The notes under the pieces were generated by a model that was not told where the DNA came from, did no database searches, and saw nothing but the letters and a program-made list of their open reading frames with translations. Below are positions 12,150-24,960 of a stretch of DNA of 64,000 nt, piece after piece. The stretch's first letter is position 1; every line of letters starts with the position of its first letter. A program made the translations under genes and the position numbers. Source of the stretch: Vicugna vicugna (lineage: Eukaryota); NCBI GenBank assembly GCA_013265495.1, contig MU058844.1, positions 1,742,941-1,806,940 of the forward strand, in the 5' to 3' direction.

Positions 12150-12988
12150 TATGTCTAAATCCCAGCTCTGAAAGACGATTACTCATTATTCACAATAGCC
12201 AAGGTGTGGAAACAACCTAAGTGTTCACTAACAGATGACTGGGTAAAAAGAATGTGGCATAAATGTACAGTGGAATATTATTGAGTCCTAAAAAAGAAAA
12301 TATACTGTCTTTGGGACAACATGGATGAACTTGGAGCACATATGCTAAGTGAAATAAGTGAAACAGAGAAAGATAAAAACTGTATGGTACCAATTATAGG
12401 GCTGGGTCATGGGGGAAATACGGAGAGGTTGGTAAAAGGGTATAAAATTTCAGTTATAAGATAAGTAAGGTCTGAGGATCTATTGTATAACATGGTGGCT
12501 AAAGTTGGTAACACTATCATATAATTAAAATTTTCTATGAGAGTAGAAATATAATGTTTTCATTGGAAAAACAAGATAAATATGTAAGATGATGAGTGTG
12601 TTAATTAACTTAATGAGGGAAATCCTTTCACAATATTATGTTAAATCATGTTGCACACTTTAAAAAAGGAATTCCATTTTATATTAAAAAGGAAGTCTCA
12701 GAGATTTAAGAATATTTATTTTAAAGTATTTCCATCATGCTTCCTGCCAAAAGTAAAATGTGATTCAAAAGGCAAAATAGATAAATAAAAAATAAATAAA
12801 AGATGCTTACTAGCTGTGCAACTTCAGGGAGCTTACTAACCTCTGTGCCATCATTTCCACATTTGTAACAAGGGTTAACAACAATATTTACATTTAAGGA
12901 TGTTTTGAGATTTAAATAAATTTATACTTGTAGAATGCCTAAGTGTTGCTTAGTATATAGAAAGTGCTCAGGAAATACCAGCTATTAT
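12150..12988 (+). mobile_element. MIR SINE split by an L1 insertion
   Basis: 'ctaaatcccagctctg' before the L1; 'cttactagctgtg...aacctctgtgcc...gctattatt' after it. Confidence 0.75.
12184..12798 (+). mobile_element. 5'-truncated L1 (L1MA9/10-like 3' end) with TSD
   Basis: 'cattattcacaatagccaaggtgtggaaacaacctaagtg'; TSD aaagacgattact (12171-12183) / aaagatgcttact (12799-12811). Confidence 0.85.
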
Positions 12989-13206
12989 TGGTGGTTCTCT
13001 GATGGGAAAAGGGTTTGATTCTACCCCCCAGGGGACATGGTCAATGTCTGGAGGCAGTTTTTGTTGCCACAGCTTGGGGAATGCTACTGGAATCTAGTGA
13101 GTAGGGGCCAGACATCCTGCTAAACACCCTTCAACGTATGGGGCCGCCCCCATGACAAAGAGACATCCAGCCCAAAATGTCAACAATGCTAAGGTAGGAA
13201 AACTCG
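12989..13206 (+). mobile_element. MER20 hAT-Charlie DNA transposon
   Basis: 'cccccaggggacat..caatgtctggag', 'tgctactggaatctagtgagtag', 'cccaaaatgtcaacaatgc'. Confidence 0.85.
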
Positions 13207-13743
13207 AAGCCATCACTGACTACTGCTGCTGCTACTACAGCCAGCACTAGTGCTGTCCTTGTCTTGAGTAATGGAATATGCTGTAGCCTTTCCTTTTTCA
13301 TTATTATTGCTGTTGTTGTTTATTGTTTATTTGTTTATTTTTATTTATTTATTTGTAATCCCTTCTCAGATAATTATAAAAGCAACTTTTTGGAGTAAGG
13401 GGAATTTAATGGCTACAACTTAAACATAAAAATTGCTTCATATGGATAACATGTTGTTAGTCTTCAATTCAGAACAGGACAAAGTTAATTTTGTTAAGAA
13501 TACCACCAAAGCTGGTCAGAATCTTAGGTATTAAAATTAAAAGTGCTATTATTCAATGGCCAATTCAGCATTACCAGTCCCAACATTCAGGGAAATGGCC
13601 CTAAACAGAAGCGGACATGTTCACTCTTTGGTAGACTAAGGATAATTTATTTGCGTAAAACTCAACTTCTTCAAAGTTATTGATATCACTGATGGTCTAA
13701 ATATGAGGTTATATGATTGTCTCTAATTTTTGAGTTCAGCTTG

Positions 13744-14077
13744 TGTATTTGTCTGCTCTGGCTGCCATAACAAAATTTCACAGACTGAATGGCTTAAACA
13801 GCAGAGATTATTTTGTTACATTTCTGAAGGCTAGAAGTCCAAGATCAAAGTATCGTTAGGGTTGGCTTCTGGTTGAGAATGCTCTTCCTGGCTTCTCACC
13901 ATGTCCTCACATGACCTTTCCCCTTAGAAGGACACAAGTCCTATTGGATTAGGGCCCCACCCTTATGACCTCATTTAACCTTAATTACCTCCTTAGAGGC
14001 CCTATCTCCAAATACAGTCATATTAAGAGCTAGGGTTTCATATGAATTTGGTGGGGGACAAAATTCAGTCTATAACT
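13744..14077 (-). mobile_element. MLT1A-like MaLR solo LTR
   Basis: 'ggctgccataacaaaat...ggctagaagtccaagatcaa...ttatgacctcatttaaccttaattacctcc'. Confidence 0.85.
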
Positions 14078-14959
14078 GTGTGCTCAAGGGATGAAAACAG
14101 AAAGAGAGATGAAAGCAAGGAGTGAGAGAAGAAAATTGTATTCCACTCCATTGTAATCTCTTTCTCTCTTTGGGACTAATTAGAGCTCAGAATTTTATTG
14201 GAAAGCTGTTTCAAATTTTGCATGTTGTAATTAATTAACTCTGAAGAAAATTCCTCAGGTTTACATTTCTGTGCATAGTGTTACTCTTTCTTATTAGTCT
14301 GAGTATTAAACATGAGGAGAAAAATGCTCACATTTAAAAATATGTACAAATGTATACCATATCTACATTTTTTCATTGTGGAACACTGTTCATGTTATTA
14401 AGTAGAATGTATGTGAAGAAGTTTCTAATATTTTGAAAGTCTCACACTGACTTTAGTTTGAACAAAGCAGTATTCACTACTTAGTTTTGACATTTTGTCC
14501 TTAGCAAAACAAAAAATGTTAACTGAATTCCTATGATCTGTTGTTACTAGGGGAAAAAACTGTCAGGCTTTGAATGTGACTTTGGATAATCTTAAGAAAT
14601 ATCTTAAGTATAGTTTAAAGTCTAGTTTCCTCTGATCTACAAATTGGTAATTTGTTGGAAAATATCAGGTCATTTTTGGCTTTCTAACTAAGTTACCAAA
14701 ATTTCTACCCTCAGCTCTCTTCCTTCATCTTGCCTTTCTCCCATTTTTATTGGGATAAAAGTCTGCATTATCTGAATTTGGAAATACCCTAGAGAAAAAT
14801 TTCTTTACAACAAATTATAGAAGAAGAGGTCTACACTACATGATTCATAACATTATATAAACTCCCTCTTTCAAGCCTGAAGAATATCTCTCCAGTCTGA
14901 TCTTCCATGATCTTTCATGGATGATGGCAAAACCTCTGTAAATGAACAAGAGCCCTCTT

Positions 14960-15420
14960 AGATACAATTCCCCTGTTGCCTCCCTACCCTCATCCACTTC
15001 AGTTCATTCTCCACTGAGACATTTTCTCAAAGGGTAATGCAGACCAACTTCTCCTCATGCCTACAACTCTTCAAAAGGTTTAGAACAAGATCCAAACCCC
15101 AGTCTTTATATGGTGCCTCCTTTCCCTCATATTGGCCTTGACACAACTCCCATCTCTCCTGACAGTTGTTTCTCAACCACCCTGGTTAAAGTACCACCCC
15201 AATCTCCATCAAGCCAATCACTAATTCTTGCCCTATCTTATTTTTCTTTGTAAAATATGCCTCTCTTGAAAATCTATATATACATTTATTCTGTTTCATG
15301 TGTATATTGTCATTTTTATCCCATTACAATCTAGGTCCATCAGGGCAGAGCTCTTTGTCCATCACATACATTGTTTTACCTCTATGCCTGGTTCAGCACT
15401 GGCATATCAGAGGCGCTTGC
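14960..15420 (+). mobile_element. L2 fragments
   Basis: pyrimidine-rich L2-like sequence ending 'ccatcagggcagag...cagcactggcata'. Confidence 0.5.
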
Positions 15421-15895
15421 ATTAGTTTTTTTTATTCCTATGCCGTACACTGCCATAGACAAATTGCCCTAGGCACTAAAATAACTCAAATTTATTATGT
15501 CATGGTTTCATAGATCAGAATTCCAGGCCTGGCTAAGCTAGATTCTCTCCTTAGGCTCTCATCAGGCTGAAAACAACCTATTAACTGGACTGTGCTATTT
15601 TCTGAAGCTGGGAATCTTTTTTCAAGTTTACTTAGCTGTTGGCAGAATTCAGTCTGATGTGGTTCCAGCCTAAGACCCCTGCTTTTTAGCTAGCTGTTGA
15701 CCAAGGGCTGCTCTCAGCTCCTAGAGGCCTTAGCAGTTCCTTTCCCATGGCCACCTCTATGGGACGTGTCATGCTTTGAACTTTTCTGACTTCTGTTGCT
15801 GACCACTATCACCTGATTAGGCCAGGCCCACCCACACTCAAGGGCTGTGCAACATGTGCACCCCAGGAGGCAGGTATCTTGGGGGTCATATACTC
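15421..15895 (-). mobile_element. MLT1E-like MaLR LTR
   Basis: 'tgttggcagaattcagt', 'ctctcagctcctagaggcc', 'ccaggaggcaggtatcttgggggtcat'. Confidence 0.7.
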
Positions 15896-16399
15896 AACAA
15901 ATTCTAAATTTACAAAGTGGCACCACTCCACCTCTGCAACAAATCTCTGAAACTGCAAAAATAAAGATAGGAAAGAAGTATTCAGTTTGGACTAACATGC
16001 ATTGTTTGCTGTGGTTCTTTTGTTTGCTTTAATCTAATGCTATATATACCTTCCCATAACTAAATTTTGAGCAGCCAACTTTGTTAGACTCACAAATGTG
16101 ATTAACCAGAATTTGGTTGCCAGTTTAGGGGCATACTTGTTCATACCTAACTAGCCTTCAAATAGAAAATGTAATTTGGTTTCTCCTCTTAAACTACTTT
16201 CTTAATTCAGTGCTTATTTTATGTTTTCCTTCAAATGGTTTATGATTTTTTTGATGAGAATTTAGAAGATATCATTAAATAGGTTGTCATCCTGACATTT
16301 CATTTTACCCTTTATCTAATGTTTTTTCTCCAAAACAGAAAAAAAACTTTTATTCCTAGAATTGATTATTAATATGTTTTTATCATGATAGTCAGATAG

Positions 16400-16615
16400 T
16401 AAATAAGAAAGAGCAAGGTCTTTGGTCTTACCAGTCTGTTTGAATTTTGACTTTATTATTTGTACGTTGTATCATCACGAGAAATGTACTTCTCTTCCCT
16501 CTTTGTTAGCCTATCAATACAAAGCAGATAATAATATTTAACTCAAAAGACTGGTGCAAAGAGTAAAGAAATAAATTATCTGTAAAAGCAGCATACAGTA
16601 GGCATTCACAGGTAG
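16400..16615 (+). mobile_element. MIR SINE (degenerate)
   Basis: 'tttgaattttgact...tgtaaaagcagcatacagtaggcattca'. Confidence 0.5.
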
Positions 16616-16649
16616 AAAATATAGATATGGGTAATATTACCCTAGATAC

Positions 16650-16780
16650 TTATTTAAAAAGCAGATCCCCATGCTTTTGCCCAGACCTACCAGGTTAGAT
16701 ACTCTAGAACAGGGATCCAGGAACCTACACTTTAAACAAACACCTCAAGTTGTCAGTAGTACACTAATGCTCAAAAACCA
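16650..16780. mobile_element. MER5A-like hAT-Charlie fragment
   Basis: 'aaaagcagatcccc..cccagacctac...ccaggaacctacactttaaacaaacacctcaag'. Confidence 0.6.
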
Positions 16781-18289
16781 AAGATAGGGAATTACACAAA
16801 GAATTCATTAGATAGAGATAATGCATACTTTTAATATATTTAAAGTATTAAAAATATTTTTCTGCCTTTAAAGATAAAATCCCTACATAAAATGCTAAGC
16901 TTGCATCTTGTTAAATTCTGTGTATTGTATGTCAGCTCACATTATACTGAAATACATATTGCATAGTTTAAAGATCTTATTTTTGCTTTTTCTCCAGATA
17001 TACTGCAAACTGAAATTACTTTATCCCTCCAACCATCCAATGGCTTAGAGTTCTGTCTCTGTTTTCAAAGAACAATATTCAAGAAGACAAACAGTATTCA
17101 CATTTGAGTCTTCATTTTCACGTTATGAATATAGGCTTATTTCTCTGTATTTATGTTTGGTCTTTCAATCAGAAGCAAAATGATAATGTTTGTAAATTAA
17201 ATATGCCTTATAGAAATATTTTTGGAACAAAAAATCAAGATGTGGTTAAAATGAATGGAGACAACTGGAGAGAATATTTGACTATTGAAAACCAGTGCAT
17301 CCTGAAAAATCAGCAACAATCCTGAAGTTCACTAAATGTCCTCATGCCTAATTATACTTCTGAATAAAGAATAAGATAAAGCTTTTAGATTTTTCTCTTT
17401 AAGGGTTTCACATTTCAACTGTTATCAGTTAAACTCAGAAAACTATCCCTTCTTTTCTGTACACCCACCCCCACCCCGACCTTGAACCATCTCTAGCTCT
17501 TGGTTTGATTAGAACCATATGCAGTGATAGGTCTTTACAGGGATGGAAGCAGCTCATGGCAGTGCAGTGTAACTGAAGCTCATAAAAAGCTTTATTGCCA
17601 TCGTTCTTTGAAACTGGAAGGGAATGTGTCCTGTCTTCCCACTGTGTTTCATCAGCCCAGCAAATTATATCTTTTCCCCTCACGAGGACTGTGTCACCCC
17701 TAGATGCGCTTCGAAAGCACAATTTGAAGATAATGAGACAAATACTGGACACAACATGCTTCTGACAGAGGGCACTTAGTGTAAGCTTGTGGAAGAGAAC
17801 TACTTTGGCCCAAGGCTGCAGCTTTAGTTTAGCTTCCCTCACTTTGATACCTGGATGGTCCAGCCTCTCAGATTTAGGACATGCCAATACACAGATCAAA
17901 AATTACATTCTAAAATGAATGTAATTTTGGAACTTTGAGTGGCATGTGGCTTTGTTCTTGGATGGCAGTTACTTACGTAGGTTAGGGTGTTTACATGAGG
18001 GCTGAGGGTTTAGAGTTAAACATCCCCCCAATACCTCCCTCCCCCCGCAAAGTATTGCTTCTTTTGGCTTTAAATAACTAAAGGACTTTGAACATTTCTT
18101 TAGATGCCACAATTTTATACTTAACATTTTGTCGTGATATTAAAAAGTAGACTTGCCTGGTAACAAATATGACAAAAGCTATGTAAAAAGCTCATACAAA
18201 TAATAAAAATAATCTAAATTAATTACAAAAGGATAGAAAGCATATATAACTGATTTAATATTTATTATATGCCAGGCTTTCTACTAAGA

Positions 18290-18510
18290 ATACAGACTTT
18301 GGAGACAGAGTTTCTGGGTTCAAATTCTAGCTCTGGCAGATTACTAGTTGTAGAACTTTAGAGAAGTTCTTTAAAATCTCTGGGCCTTAGTTTCCTCACC
18401 TATATAATAGGTATAAAACCAACTGCTTAGAGCTGTTGTGAAGAGTTAATACATGTACAGTGCTTAGAATAGTGTCTACACATCCTAAGTACTTAAAAAA
18501 AACTATTATC
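18290..18510 (+). mobile_element. MIR SINE
   Basis: 'ctgggttcaaattctagctctg...gccttagtttcctcacctata...gtgcttagaatagtg'. Confidence 0.8.
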
Positions 18511-19057
18511 ACCAGTGTTAACTATGGTAATTATTAATAGCTATTATCATTAATTAATTAATAACTCTAAGTATTAATAACTATCTTATTTATTATTAGT
18601 GATAACTTTTATCATTAGAGATAAGTTATACTTATAACTATGATAAAGATAATGCTTTATTTTTATTAATTTAAGCATCATCTATTCTAATTTCACAAAA
18701 ATCTTTTTAACTCTGCTTCTAGTTTCCCCTTACACAGATGCTTGATCATACAAAGCCCAAAAGGAAGAAAAATTGCCTGATACTATGTGATCAAAAAATT
18801 GGCAGTACTGGATAGAAGTTGTCTAACTCTAGAAGTGTGATGTATTTCATAGTTTTACCTCTGAATGTAACCAAATAATTCAAAAACAAATTTGAATAGG
18901 CAACTATCATTTATTGAGTCTCTGTCCTGTGTTGGGGCTGCATTCCCCACTGAGCCATCTTGGAGCAGATTTTCAGCTGGTTTCTTTTAGTATCACATTT
19001 TCAGGATACTGAAAATGGTAAGCCATATAGGATCCAAGCAATGTTCAAAGACAAAGA

Positions 19058-19600
19058 TCCATTCATTCATCCCTTCATTATCAAACTGAGTGGCTACTAG
19101 GTACCAGATATAGTTCCAGGCAAAAAGAACAGCCCTGGAAAAGACAAAAAAAAAGTTTTCTGCTCTCCTGGAGCTTACTACCGAATAGAGAAGACAGACA
19201 ACAATCAAGCAAAGGAATATACCATGACTATTTATTAGTGTGAAGAGCTAGACTGTGTGTGAGGGAGAATAATTGGGTGGTTACTTTGAATCTAGTAATC
19301 AAGAAAGGCTACTTTGAATATTTAAGTTGAGATCTGAGTAACAAAAAAGAAGTAGCTACGGAAAGATGAGGGAACGTGCATTCTGGGACAAGAGAAGAGT
19401 CAGAGAAAATACTCTAAGATGGGAAGTCTTGGAATTTTCAAGAAACTGAAAAAAAAAAGTATAGTAGGGGGATAGTAGACTAGGGGGACAGAGATACGAA
19501 ACAAGTTCAGAGAGGTAGGTGGGGCCAGAGTAAAGAGGGCTGGATAAGCCAGGGCAAGACAGTTAGATATTACTAAAGGAATAATATGATCTGATTTACT
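19058..19600 (-). mobile_element. L2 3' region
   Basis: begins 'tccattcattcat'; 'ctgctctcctggagcttac'; purine-rich reverse L2 body. Confidence 0.7.
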
Positions 19601-20009
19601 TTAAATGACTTTGAGCTTATCTCTTGGCTTCTTTTGGTTTAGTTTCACCACACATTAAATGAGAATGAGTAATCTTCAAATCCCTTTTAGATCCAATGTT
19701 AAGTATAATTCTGTTTTAGATTCTGGACAGAAACTAACATTCATTTGCTGACTACGATCTCCCAGGAGATTGAGGAAAACGCAGTGGGGAGGTAGCCTAA
19801 ATTGGATCCATCACTTAGATTCAAGGATGGATCAAGGCTGCTAAGATTGTATTTGAACTGGTGCACTAGCTTTCTTCTAGAAGAGAAGTCAGTCTAAGAG
19901 CCCTGACAACAAAACCTTAGTTGTGTGTGTTGGGAACTGGGAGCTACTCTCAGGTAGCAGGGGCCTGGTGGGAGATAGAAACACCCAGCGGAAGCAGCTC
20001 ATCTACCAA

Positions 20010-20290
20010 AAACATTTATTGCTCACTTCTTTAGACCTGTGTTAGGCACTACTTTGGACACGGAGGATATCATAGTATGAGATAACAATTGCTGCACTAG
20101 GTGTCTTCAAGAAGGGAAGTTACCCTAAGAGCTGACCTCGGATAATATTGCTGACCTCATAGAACGTATCTAGGCAGTTAACAAACAAGTACATCTATGG
20201 TATATCAGATGATGATAGACACCACAAAGGAAAAACGGAAAAGGGTTAGCAGGGTGGGTCAAACCATGTTATTTTCCATCAAGGAAGTTC
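20010..20290 (-). mobile_element. L2 fragment
   Basis: 'aacatttattgctcact...tgtgttaggcact'. Confidence 0.5.
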
Positions 20291-21189
20291 TCAGTGTGAA
20301 AGGGACTGACAGTTTTATCAAACCAAAGTCTGAATAAATGTGGCTGGTGGACACTTGATCCTCCAAGACCTGATCACAGCATGTGTTTGTTTCATATTTA
20401 TGATTCCAAAGACCATATAACCGTCTGATTACAACGTTGCCTCAGTCACGGTATATGCAACACAGCATGTCAAATAATTAAGTTGTAGGTAAGAACAGGA
20501 AGAAAATTCTTTTCTAAATATTGAAACTTCTGAATCATACAATTCTTCTTCCTAGTTGAATCGAATTATACTACCAAACATAATATTATAAATAGGGACC
20601 ATACAATGGGAAAAATTTAAGAACACAGTATCAGAGGTAATCTAGAAATCTGGGCTAGGTGATTGAAAGTCAGATAAGAAACAGCTTACATTTGCTCTTT
20701 AATCAGAGACATTCTGGTGCCAAAACTCTGTTACTGACATTTCATTTTCCCAAATACTAAAGGAGTCTTTTCAAATGTTTTCTTTAAAATAGTTAATTCT
20801 GGCTCTAGTTCTTCTTGAATTGATTAAAGAGAATCTTGTTTGAATTTGCTTTAACCTTGCAAGTCAAAATATAAATTGGGTTTTTATCCCGAAAAGAAGA
20901 AAAAAGAAAAATCATACTGCTAGATTTAGGAAACAGCTCATACAATTGTCTCCTTGAAAATTCCTTAAGTTAGAAACCCAAGAAATTTGAGATTTCCTTA
21001 GATAAACAATGACCTGATACTGGAATATTAGCAAGGAAATTGGTAATTGCCAGCCTTAGAAGTTTTGATGAGGTGTTTTCTGTGTCATTGTCACTCCCAC
21101 CTGCAATTCAACTATCACCTTCTGTCCTGGTTACACAAAAGCTGAGACCGAAAGTATACAACATACAGGAATCATTTAACCGTGTTAGA

Positions 21190-21600
21190 CTTGAGACTCT
21201 CATTTCCTATAATGAACCTTCTAGTCTCCACTGTGCCACTCAATAGCTGTGAAATCTTGAATTTGTCCTCTCTAGATTATTGTTTCTTCATCTTCAAAAT
21301 GTTGTTACATATTACAAAAATCTCTTTAAACTCCAGGAGCTTTAGGTCTTTACACATAAACTATAAGATGTTTGGCAGGTTGGGAGATATTTAAACACTT
21401 CCTGAGTCAGACAAGTATGCATTTGGATCTTGATTAACTTACTGGTTAGGTTATCTTGGGCTAGTAACTTAGACTGTCTTTGTCCCATTTTTTTTCTTTA
21501 AAGTGAAGATTAAAAATATGACATTCTTTGAAGGGTGAGCGGTAACACATGCGAAGTACTTAGCTCAATGTCCAGCGTTTAACAAAAATTCAGTCAGTGT
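21190..21600 (+). mobile_element. Two tandem MIR fragments
   Basis: 'tgtttcttcatcttcaaaatg' and 'ttatcttgggctagtaacttagac...aacacatgcgaagtacttagc'. Confidence 0.55.
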
Positions 21601-21860
21601 TCTCTTGTGTTCCCATATGTCATGCTTCATATTTTCCCAAAGTTTCCTGGTAGAATTTGACCATAATTGCGTTCACCACATTGCCAAATAGGTTATGGTT
21701 TCTGCAGTTTTATTAGAAAAAACAGTCATTAGAAGTAGTGTTGGAAGAACAACCTGCACCTGTATCTCAGTATTTTTAAGTGTAAAATAAACTTCCTCTT
21801 TGGATGGAATTGCTAGCTCTACCAGTATTGGCTAGGCATTCGGAAATTTTCTAAAAATAT

Positions 21861-22354
21861 TGTATTTGTTAGCTTTTACTGTGTAACAAACTACTTCTAA
21901 ACTTATTGGCACACACACACACACAAATCACTTAACGTCGCCCACAGTTCCATGGGTTGGCTGGTCAATTTTTCTGGTCTGAGCAGGCTGGGCTGAGCTG
22001 TTAGGCTGTCTTGTGTGTCTGTGTCCCACTGGTACACCTGGCAGTCGTCAGGCTGTTGATCAGGGCAGCAGAAGAACCTGGGGTGCAAGGGCCTCGCTCA
22101 GTCTTCATCTAGCAGGCTTGCCTGGGCTTCTTGATATAGTGGTGAGTGCAGTTTCACCGAAGCAGCAACAGACAGCAATCCCCAGTGTACACACACACAA
22201 TTCAGTTTTTAACTTATGTCACATTTTCTGTTATCCTACTGACCAAGGCAATTACATGTCTAAGCCCAGGTCAATGTCTAGAAGGTACTACCCACCCTGG
22301 CCCTGGATAAAGGAAAGGAAATGATTGTGGCTCTTCTGCAAAACATATGCCACA
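21861..22354 (-). mobile_element. MLT1G/H-like MaLR LTR
   Basis: 'tgtatttgttagcttttactgtgtaacaaactac...aaacttattggc'; ends 'atgccaca'. Confidence 0.75.
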
Positions 22355-24714
22355 AATGTACATGCTGCACCTGTTAAAGTCAGTATCTCAACATTCCTTT
22401 ACAAAGTGAAATAAGATAACTGCTTAAAAGAGTGAAAAATTATGGTCATCCTAATATGTATTTTTTAAAAAAATCCTACAGCATTGACTCTCTGTAAGTA
22501 ACCCCCCTTTTTTTCTGCAGACTATACTCCATAGAATACAAACCAAATTGAAGTAGGATATTCTAGGTGAGGAAATAAAAAAGAATTCAGGACTGCTTTT
22601 CTCCCCCTTGATTTATACCTTAAAAATCTAAGGGATATACAATTTCAAATTGATATGGCAAAACTCAAGACAGCAGTTGTGCTTTTATATTTTAAAACAC
22701 GTCTGAAAAAATACACAGTGAAAAGTATTAAATTACCAATTTGATAGTAAATATTTATGTTTTTCTAATTTATTGTCAATAGTTAAAATGAGAATAAAGA
22801 TAAGGAAAACATTTTTTGGTGTGTGAGTCTCTACTATTCCAATAATGGGAGTAAAAACTATTTTAATAATAGACTACAAGCCTGGCAATAATAATTTGAT
22901 GATCTCTCAGCTTCCTTATACTCCCACTTCTCTGTCCTACCTTCTGAATGCCTGGCATCATAAATCAAGCGGAGAAACAAAGGAGAGGAAATTTACATGC
23001 ATTCCATGTGTTTTGTGTTTCAGACATTATGCTAATTATATAATAACATTATCCCATTTATTTTCATTTTGAAATATATCATTTGGGATATAAAAGCTGC
23101 TTTACAAACTAATACAAGAAGTGGTTCATACTTGGTGTCATGTGCCTTTTAGATTCTCAAACTGTAAGAAGTAAAGCATGTGGCTTAGTGGCTTTTCATG
23201 ATGACAGAGAACGATTATATAAGGACCAGAATCAGATTATTCTTGTGTCTGATGCTATTTCTCAAAAGTCTACAAAAATATGAAATAAATAGGTTTAAGG
23301 ATATTTCTTAACAACTTCTTAATAACTCATTCATCAAAAATTTATTTAGCATATATGATATAATAGATATTGTTTAGACACTGGGAGTAAGAGCAACCAA
23401 CAGTTCCAATCTCAAAGATTAGAGCATAATGGGATACAAAAATAGTAGCTGGGATTGATTTATTTTTTCTACTTCCTAAAAACATTATTTCAGTAAAAAA
23501 AATCAGAGCCAAGTGATCTATCTATCTGATCAATTGGAGGAGAAAAATCCCATAGGACAGAACATAACCCCAGGCCCTACAGCATGAGATAAAAGTGATG
23601 ATAATTAGGCAATATCATAATATTTCAATATATCCCTTATTCCAGCAATTTGTATTTCTTTGAAACTCAGGGATTTCAGGCTTAGAATTCCCAGGACCTA
23701 GAAAAAATAATAGATTATTCAAAATCGTAGACAGTAGGGCAGCATCTGTGCTTCTTAATATGCTAACAAAAATCTAAATAATGCTACTCATGAGATCTGT
23801 TATCTATCGTAAATAAGAACTGGACTTACAATAACATCAGAATTTTATCTATAAACTGAATTTGACTTCAGTGTAAAAATACAGAGAAAGCAACTAACTT
23901 GTGTTACTTTGAACAATAATTTTAATATCTAAGTTATAAATTTATTTTGCCAACAAGTTTTTTTTTAGTATAAACCAGCCTCCCCCCTCCAAAGACACTA
24001 GAAATACCTGGGTTTGCTTTATAAATAAAGTAAGGACATGATATCTTGAAATTTACAGTGCCGGAATTTAATTTTGCTTTATAGGGGGCTCAAGGTACTA
24101 AGCTTAAAATATGAGTTATGAAGGATCCCTTGAGAAGGAAGGAAGCATTTTTTTTAGTAGATGGGAATATAGAGATATTGATCTCATTTCTTCTCTTAAA
24201 TATGTATGGGATCTGCCCAAATACTTTTAGAGCAAATTTACCTCAAAAATTATAAGATATAAATGTTCTACTCATTATTATTTAGTGAGGAATGAACATT
24301 CAAGATAAAACATTTCATGAGGAAGGATCGTGATATAAACCTTGGTGAAAGCAGAATTTGACAATAACATTTTGTACCTTGCCATGTAGCCTTGAAAGAC
24401 ATCTTTATCAGATTGTTAAAGCAACTCACAATCTCAATGGCTTAAAGGAACACAGATTTATTTCTTGTTCATGTTACATATTCTTTGCTGGTTAGCTAGG
24501 AATTTTGCTCCACAACATTTGTACTTCATGACTAAAGTCACTTTTCTGGTTAATCTGTATAACACGAGCATGTTCCATGGCATAAAATATTTTATGTCAT
24601 CTGTTATGTAAGTATGTTATGCGGTAACTTTCTGAACAAAGCCCCAGTCACTGCATCGAAGATGGTTTCATCGTTTTAGTTAGCTGGTATTCCCATCCTA
24701 GTAAGCAGAGGTTC

Positions 24715-24960
24715 TCCTGTGGTAAAGAGCACAGTCCCCAGGAACCAGATCTCCTGGATTCACAGCCTTGTGTACCAACAGCTATGTGACTGTAGGTAGG
24801 CTACTCTAACTTCTCATATCTCAGTGTCTTTACCTGTGACATATAATTGTGACAATTCTGTAGGGTTACTATGAGAATTAACTGAGGCTGTAGATGTGTA
24901 TGAAGTATGTAAATACCTTGGATGACTCATAGTAAATACCACACATGTATTGGCTAATAA
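24715..24960 (+). mobile_element. MIR SINE
   Basis: 'tgtggtaaagagcacag...agctatgtgact...ctcagtgtctttacctgt...tagggttactatgagaatt'. Confidence 0.75.

Noticed and set aside
17435..17899. Longest ORF (154 aa, minus strand)
   Set aside because: No recognisable family, non-ATG start, no convincing flanking splice or poly(A) signals.
18510..18670. AT-rich quasi-repeat as a tandem array or CRISPR
   Set aside because: Low-complexity expansion next to a MIR tail; no fixed repeat-spacer period; eukaryotic context.
19792..19841. Hairpin (gtagcct..gatccatc / gatggatc..aggctgc) as a pre-miRNA
   Set aside because: Only about 50 nt with a large asymmetric bulge; no recognised mature miRNA.
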